A DNA stretch of 64,000 bases, taken from a virus (lineage: Duplodnaviria; Caudoviricetes). The DNA lies in IMG/VR virus record IMGVR_UViG_3300032296_002452, positions 2,006 through 66,005 of that record. One strand, 5' to 3'. The translations under genes were made by a program, and so were the position numbers. Below the pieces are notes generated by a model. The model ran no database searches and was not told the DNA's origin. It saw only the letters and a program-made list of their open reading frames with translations. The stretch's first letter is position 1. Every line of letters starts with the position of its first letter. This document shows positions 59,165 to 64,000 of the stretch, one piece after another.

Positions 59165-59542
59165 TTAATATGGTTTGTAACTTTTTTCCTCAATAAACGT
59201 AGAAAAGTATTTCAAGTTTATTTCTTTTTTTATTTCCGCTCTTTTATCATTAACAAAATAAACAGACCGAGCTAATTGTACAAAAGAGTCATTAAATTCT
59301 TTTTTTCTTTCTTTTTCTCTTATATTTTCCTCAATGTCCCAAAGCTCTTTATTCACTTTTAATAGTTCTACATACTCAGGAGACTCTGTTGAAATACCTA
59401 AATATTTTTCAACCACGGATTTTAAGTAGTCAAATTCACTCACAATATTTTTTAGTTTTTCAACCGATGTAATGTTATTTTTTTTAATTTCTAAAATTGT
59501 TAACTTATCAACAATTTCCGCATGTGAAACTTCTATTTTCAT
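59165..59542 (-). CDS. DUF6165-like helical protein
   Basis: EIVDKLTILEIK, VNKELWDIEENIR, ARSVYFVNDKRAEIKKEIN, EEKSY. Confidence 0.75.
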   Translation of the reverse strand: MKIEVSHAEIVDKLTILEIKKNNITSVEKLKNIVSEFDYLKSVVEKYLGISTESPEYVELLKVNKELWDIEENIREKERKKEFNDSFVQLARSVYFVNDKRAEIKKEINLKYFSTFIEEKSYKPY

Positions 59543-59547
59543 TTTAA

Positions 59548-60813
59548 TTAACTAACGTGTTGATGATTTAAATTACCTGTAATTCTTTCACACCAATCTT
59601 TAGATTCTGAGTGAGGCCACACAACCCAATAGGATGGTTGGTGTGTTGTTTGGAATTCTCTCCAAACCTTACAATAACCATCGGGGTCATTCATCATTCT
59701 TGAAATTTCTGCTTTATCGGCGTCTTTTCTATAAATTGTTTCATCATTTGCATCGTGGAAAGCCACTACCCAAAAATCGTAATCTTTTTCAGGTACTTGA
59801 TGGAATCCAATATCAATACAATGTTTAAACACAACCGCGAAACTATTTTTCCAATCCTCTTCAGTTTCATAGTTGTATGTATTTGGTGGATATTTCTTAT
59901 CTATTGTTTCTTGTTGAATAGCTCTTCTTTCAAACAATAGTCCCGAATAAATTTCATAGTCTCTTAATGTTCTAATCGGTCCAAATCCAAAAACTCCATC
60001 ATGTCCTTCTTGAACTTCGCCATCCATACCAAATAATTTTCTGTTTGTTAAGTGAGAATGATTGTTTCTTCTAACCCATTCTTTATCATCATCCCACTGT
60101 TTAGTCCTACCCTTGCGAGTATATTCATGCCAAATTAAAGTTTTATGTGGGTGAAACAAATCATATCCCCAAGTATAAGCTCGTGCGGCAATTGAAATTT
60201 CTTCTCCGTGAAAATAATACTCAGGGTTATGTTGTACCTCAGTTGAAAATTGACCCAACGTAAAACAGTAGTGAGCAGAATAAAATCTTGCGGGTACAGG
60301 TTCTTTCATGTCTTGCCAACCGGGTATTGTTTCGGGTAAAAAGAACACCGCACCTTCAGGAATAAATCTATCAAATACCATTCTCCATGGTTCTTGTACT
60401 CTTCCTTGTGGGTCATTTTCGGGGTCAAAAGATGAAACATAACCTGTCAATAAAGGTTTTTCATACCCTTTCTTTTGAAGTTGTTTAATCATCTTAATCA
60501 TTTCGTCATCCCAATTTGGTGCGAACCTCATATGAGAATCTATCTGTAAAGTGTACTCTTCACCTTCGTATAATTGTTGTACCAAATTTCTTGCCCAACA
60601 AACACCTTCCGCTTCTTGATAGGGGATGTTTAAAACTCTAAATCTTTTATCACCTACAAACTCAGATAGGTCATCAAAACCATCTTCAGGGTGAAACTGA
60701 CGAGCAACACCAATTCTGAGATTTTTAGGTCTCTTGGCATTTTCAATCATATTTTTAATTGTTGGGATTAACTGTGGGTCACGATACGCAGCGATTTGAA
60801 CAAATATTTTCAT
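59548..60813 (-). CDS. GT60-like polypeptide alpha-GlcNAc transferase (Skp1-HyPro GlcNAcT / OGNT family)
   Basis: IFVQIAAYRDP, GVCWAR, LQIDSHMRF..NWD (DxH), FHGEEISIAARAYTWGYDLFHP, WHEY. Confidence 0.8.
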   Translation of the reverse strand: MKIFVQIAAYRDPQLIPTIKNMIENAKRPKNLRIGVARQFHPEDGFDDLSEFVGDKRFRVLNIPYQEAEGVCWARNLVQQLYEGEEYTLQIDSHMRFAPNWDDEMIKMIKQLQKKGYEKPLLTGYVSSFDPENDPQGRVQEPWRMVFDRFIPEGAVFFLPETIPGWQDMKEPVPARFYSAHYCFTLGQFSTEVQHNPEYYFHGEEISIAARAYTWGYDLFHPHKTLIWHEYTRKGRTKQWDDDKEWVRRNNHSHLTNRKLFGMDGEVQEGHDGVFGFGPIRTLRDYEIYSGLLFERRAIQQETIDKKYPPNTYNYETEEDWKNSFAVVFKHCIDIGFHQVPEKDYDFWVVAFHDANDETIYRKDADKAEISRMMNDPDGYCKVWREFQTTHQPSYWVVWPHSESKDWCERITGNLNHQHVS

Positions 60814-60905
60814 ATAATAATCTTTTACAAAAAAAGATATTATAAAGACAAAAATTATGAATAGTTAAACTATCAAATTATAACCCGTTTTTAGACATCT
60901 AAACT

Positions 60906-61982
60906 TCAATTAAAGGTTAACGACCAACTTAATATTTGGTGATTATCATTTGCACCTCCTGTGGCAGCGCCAAATCCCATATAGTAAGAACCTGTATCAA
61001 ATGAGAAGCTTGTAAATGTTTGATTTGCCGAAACAGGTTTAGAATTCGTTGTGTTCCAATAAAGAGCAAAGGTCTGTGCAGAATTATTATAATCCGCCCA
61101 AAAATATAAGGTTTGTCTCCACAATCCTGATGATACTGAGGTGAGTAACGTATTTACGTTATTTTTATACCAAACGTAAAAATTGTTAGTGTATGTGTTA
61201 AATGTAATTGCGTTTATTGTTGCAGGGTCTGAAATCCTACCGACACCTCCACCGCCAATACCTGTTGTGGTATTGGTGGAAGTCCACTGTACACAGTAAC
61301 CATCCGCACCTGTTCCTCCACCAATAAAAGTAGACCACTGAGTGGAAAAATTCCTATCAAATCTAATTGCGGTTGTTCTGTAAACATTACCCACTTGATT
61401 ATTACTTGCGGTAGTTAAATTAATAATATTTGATGAAACTGCTGCGTTACCTCGAAGTACTAATCCCGAAGTAGATGAGAAATTGGCATAACTAAACCCT
61501 TGTACATTCGAAGTATTCGATGGTGTAACGGTTGGAGTTGGCGTTTTGGTCGATGTTACACTTGGTGTTGGAGTTAGTGTATTAGTAGGGGTTTGGGTTA
61601 TGGTTGGAGTGGGTGTTAGAGTTGGCGGTGGAACATACGAAGTCCAATAACCATTATTATTTAAATAAGTTTTTGCGGTTGATGTATCGGTAAAAGTTTG
61701 AGTTTTAATAACCGAATTACAAAGGTCAATAAATGATTGGTCCGAAAATACTTTTGTTCTCCAAAATTGAACGTATCCTGTTCCTGACACGGGTAGTGGT
61801 TGAGTACCACCCGATTGTGGGTATGCTATTACGTAACCCAAATCCTCGTCAGGACCGTTGTACCACCTTATACCTGTCGCATCAAATCCTGCGGTAGGAA
61901 TCCCAATTGCTAAATCACCAATTTGTTCCGTTCCCGATATTGTAGTACCTGTATTATATGCAAATGGTCTAGAAATGGACAT
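60906..61982 (-). CDS. Modular protein: shared N-terminal domain, Pro/Thr linker and L-type (legume) lectin domain
   Basis: PTLTPTPTITQTPT linker; LRGNA..LTTA...GADG...YMGFGAATGGANDNHQILSWS. Confidence 0.8.
   Translation of the reverse strand: MSISRPFAYNTGTTISGTEQIGDLAIGIPTAGFDATGIRWYNGPDEDLGYVIAYPQSGGTQPLPVSGTGYVQFWRTKVFSDQSFIDLCNSVIKTQTFTDTSTAKTYLNNNGYWTSYVPPPTLTPTPTITQTPTNTLTPTPSVTSTKTPTPTVTPSNTSNVQGFSYANFSSTSGLVLRGNAAVSSNIINLTTASNNQVGNVYRTTAIRFDRNFSTQWSTFIGGGTGADGYCVQWTSTNTTTGIGGGGVGRISDPATINAITFNTYTNNFYVWYKNNVNTLLTSVSSGLWRQTLYFWADYNNSAQTFALYWNTTNSKPVSANQTFTSFSFDTGSYYMGFGAATGGANDNHQILSWSLTFN
61510..61632 (-). repeat. Mucin-like (T-P-T/S)n coding repeat
   Basis: Encodes PPPTLTPTPTITQTPTNTLTPTPSVTSTKTPTPTVTPSNTS. 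Confidence 0.85.
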
Positions 61983-61984
61983 AT

Positions 61985-62989
61985 TTATAAACCAAAATTA
62001 GATTTATCGTAATTAAAATTTTGAAGTACTTCAGAGCTGTTTAACGCCCTGTTGTAACAATATACTTTAGAAATCCTACCATTTAATAAATTCCCTCCGT
62101 TAAATGTTGCTATATTGGTTGAACCGTCTCCACCTCTTTGTGATTTATTTGCGGTGTATGTAGAGTCCTGAACTCCATTTATATATAAAACCATCCCGTT
62201 TGTAGTATTAAATGTTAGTGTCGCATTATACCATGTGTTTAGGCTAAATGTGGTTACAGAAGGGAATGCTGTGTAAGAAGGCCAGTTAGCGTGACCACAA
62301 TACATAGTGCTAGTTCCTGCACCAAAAAACATAAAGTGACCTCCTGTCGCACTACTTACTAAGTTATTATCTGCAACCGCATTTAAATAAAACCAAACAG
62401 ACTTGGTGTATTCTGTGGCGGGCAAAACTAATCCACTTCCAGTTCCATATTGATTTATTGCGTTAAATGAAAAATATGATGGTGATGCCGATGTAAAAGT
62501 AGGTGAATTAATTAAAGTAATATTTTGTTGTGGACTTGATAAATCGTACCAAGTTGAGCCCGAACCAGGGTAAGAAGAATTATCACTAGCAATTAATTGT
62601 AATGTTAAACCACTAGTCACTAACGGATTATAAGATGTCCAAAAACCATTTGTATTTAACCAAGACTTTGCCTGTGTTGTGGTAGAAAAACTCTGTGGGG
62701 TACCATTGTAAAAAGACACATATTCTGACAGAGAAATAAAAGAATTATCAGAAAGGGAATCGCTCCTCCAAAATCCTAAATAAGCTGAAACACCATCAGG
62801 ATTAGGTTGGGTTCCGCTAACTGTTGGGTGTGCAATTACATACCCCAAATCTTCATTTGGTCCATTCCACCATCTGAGACCTGTTGATGTAAATCCTGAA
62901 GTAGGTGTGCCTATCGCTAAATTACCAACTTGTTCAGTTCCTGTTATTGTAGAACCTGTGTTATATGCAAAAGGTCTTGCTGTGGCCAT
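61985..62989 (-). CDS. Modular protein: shared N-terminal domain plus LamG / concanavalin A-like domain
   Basis: SYPGSGSTWYDLS, TKSVWF, NTWYNATLTF...LYINGV, GRISKVYCYNRALNSSEVLQNF. Confidence 0.82.
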   Translation of the reverse strand: MATARPFAYNTGSTITGTEQVGNLAIGTPTSGFTSTGLRWWNGPNEDLGYVIAHPTVSGTQPNPDGVSAYLGFWRSDSLSDNSFISLSEYVSFYNGTPQSFSTTTQAKSWLNTNGFWTSYNPLVTSGLTLQLIASDNSSYPGSGSTWYDLSSPQQNITLINSPTFTSASPSYFSFNAINQYGTGSGLVLPATEYTKSVWFYLNAVADNNLVSSATGGHFMFFGAGTSTMYCGHANWPSYTAFPSVTTFSLNTWYNATLTFNTTNGMVLYINGVQDSTYTANKSQRGGDGSTNIATFNGGNLLNGRISKVYCYNRALNSSEVLQNFNYDKSNFGL

Positions 62990-62993
62990 CTTA

Positions 62994-64000
62994 TTAATAT
63001 ATTATTCTAATTGCCAATCTTATAGTCCAAGTACCACTTGTAACACTCGTATTAAAATTAACGTTACCTGATGAAACAGAAACTGAAAAACTACACCCTT
63101 GTGTACTGTTATTTAAATCAGGTGTCGACGTATCGGTCCAAGACGCACCTGAACCATCCCAAGTGGACATTACTGTACCAAGTCTTTTAGCACCTCCACT
63201 TTCAATTATACAATAATCAAAAAACGCACCACACCCACTAGACACAGGTATTTGAATTAGTGTTGTATTACTACTTACATTAGTAGTAATATCACTCTGA
63301 ATTCTTTGCGTACCAATTAATGACAAATATGTACCATCGTATGTAAAACCTGATTGAGCAATTGCACCATAAGGAGAACCGTCCGATGTTAAAATTCTTG
63401 TTAATTCAGGATTAGTTACTGCGGAAAATCCTGTTCCGCTGGTTCCTGATGTACCACTTGTACCCGAAGTTCCACTTGTTCCTGACGTCCCACTTGAACC
63501 TGATGTTCCTGAAGAACCCGATGTTCCTGAAGAACCTGATGTGCCGCTTGTACCACTTGTTCCTGAAGTGCCGCTTGTTCCGCTAGTACCGCTTGAACCT
63601 GAAGAGCCTGAAGAACCTGATGTGCCGCTTGTGCCACTAGTTCCTGATGTCCCACTTGAACCCGAGGAACCGCTAGTTCCCGATGTGCCACTTGTACCTG
63701 AAGAACCTGAACTACCTGAAGAACCCGATGTTCCGCTGGTACCTGATGTTCCATCAACACCGCTTAATCCTGAAGAACCGCTTGAACCTGAAGTTCCCGA
63801 TGTTCCGCTAGTACCTGATGTTCCTGAAGAGCCACTTGAACCTGATGAACCGCTTGTGCCACTAGTTCCTGATGTCCCACTTGAACCTGATGAACCGCTA
63901 GTTCCCGATGTACCGCTAGTTCCCGATGTACCACTTGTACCTGAAGAACCTGAACTTCCTGAAGAACCCGATGTTCCTGAACTACCTGAAGAGCCTGATG
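62994..64000 (-). CDS. Collagen-like fibre protein with (Gly-Ser/Thr-Ser)n repeat (partial; start lies beyond window end)
   Basis: The frame of the 110-aa ORF stays open upstream through ...SGTSGTGFSAVTNPELTRILTSDG...FTYDGTYLSL to the window edge. Confidence 0.85.
   Translation of the reverse strand, partial: SGSSGSSGTSGSSGSSGSSGTSGTSGTSGTSGTSGSSGSSGTSGTSGTSGSSGSSGSSGTSGTSGTSGTSGSSGSSGLSGVDGTSGTSGTSGSSGSSGSSGTSGTSGTSGSSGSSGTSGTSGTSGTSGSSGSSGSSGTSGTSGTSGTSGTSGTSGSSGTSGSSGTSGSSGTSGTSGTSGTSGTSGTSGTGFSAVTNPELTRILTSDGSPYGAIAQSGFTYDGTYLSLIGTQRIQSDITTNVSSNTTLIQIPVSSGCGAFFDYCIIESGGAKRLGTVMSTWDGSGASWTDTSTPDLNNSTQGCSFSVSVSSGNVNFNTSVTSGTWTIRLAIRIIY
63432..64000 (-). repeat. Degenerate 9-bp tandem repeat encoding GTS/GSS triplets
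   Basis: Gly at every third codon; a single GLSGVDG interruption keeps the register; an exact 38-bp duplication at 63625-63662 and 63850-63887. Confidence 0.92.

Noticed and set aside
1286-59940. Numerous 60-136 aa ORFs antisense to or nested in long genes
   Set aside because: They lie fully within well-supported genes, have no recognisable motifs, and show the composition expected of antisense shadow frames.
61982-61989. T4-orientation late promoter TATAAATA on the coding strand
   Set aside because: It is a single case formed by the TTA-TAA stop and the following ATG junction; the other intergenic copies have the opposite orientation.
60906-62989. Diversity-generating retroelement acting on the lectin genes
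   Set aside because: There is no reverse transcriptase and no template/variable repeat pair with adenine-specific mismatches in this window; the similarity between the two genes is confined to the N-terminal domain.
63416-63760. 114-aa ORF with QVLQ/QEHQ repeats in the ORF track
   Set aside because: It is an alternative-frame shadow of the GTS/GSS collagen-like repeat; the Gly-X-Y frame is continuous with the downstream domain.
63432-64000. Possible CRISPR array or non-coding tandem repeat
   Set aside because: The period is 9 bp with third-position variation and there are no unique spacers, so it is a coding repeat.
1-64000. Stop-codon reassignment as seen in some large phages
   Set aside because: Code 11 gives full-length, densely packed genes, with TAA, TGA and TAG all ending plausible genes.

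Overview
AT-rich, gene-dense segment of a large T4-like (contractile-tail) bacteriophage genome read in the standard genetic code, with most genes on the minus strand. In order: baseplate and tail-associated structural genes (1-16.1 kb); an insulated replication block (class II RNR, DnaB-like helicase, 5'-3' exonuclease, RecA/UvsX, gp32-like SSB; 16.1-23.1 kb); baseplate hub, tube initiator, tape measure, chaperones, tube, sheath and neck genes (23-45.6 kb); a plus-strand block (SNF2 helicase, SOD fusion, neck protein); family B DNA polymerase; an eight-gene cluster with seven glycosyltransferase-like genes (53.7-60.8 kb); two lectin-tipped paralogs; and a (Gly-Ser/Thr-Ser)n collagen-like gene running off the window end. 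The most interesting candidate system is a phage-encoded, mucin-type protein O-glycosylation pathway (GT60-like initiator plus extending GTs) next to Ser/Thr-repeat fibre genes, together with a recurrent [ST]-[GA]-x-[ST] motif in virion proteins. Other points of note: a strand-specific TATTTAT[A/C/G] promoter-like motif, a candidate +1 frameshift in the tail chaperone pair, a three-way RNA switch before recA, an unannotated ribbon-helix-helix regulator with an operator, and an SOD fused to a nuclease-like domain. All family calls come from motif recognition by eye; no database searches were run. No tRNA, rRNA, CRISPR array or IS element was seen.
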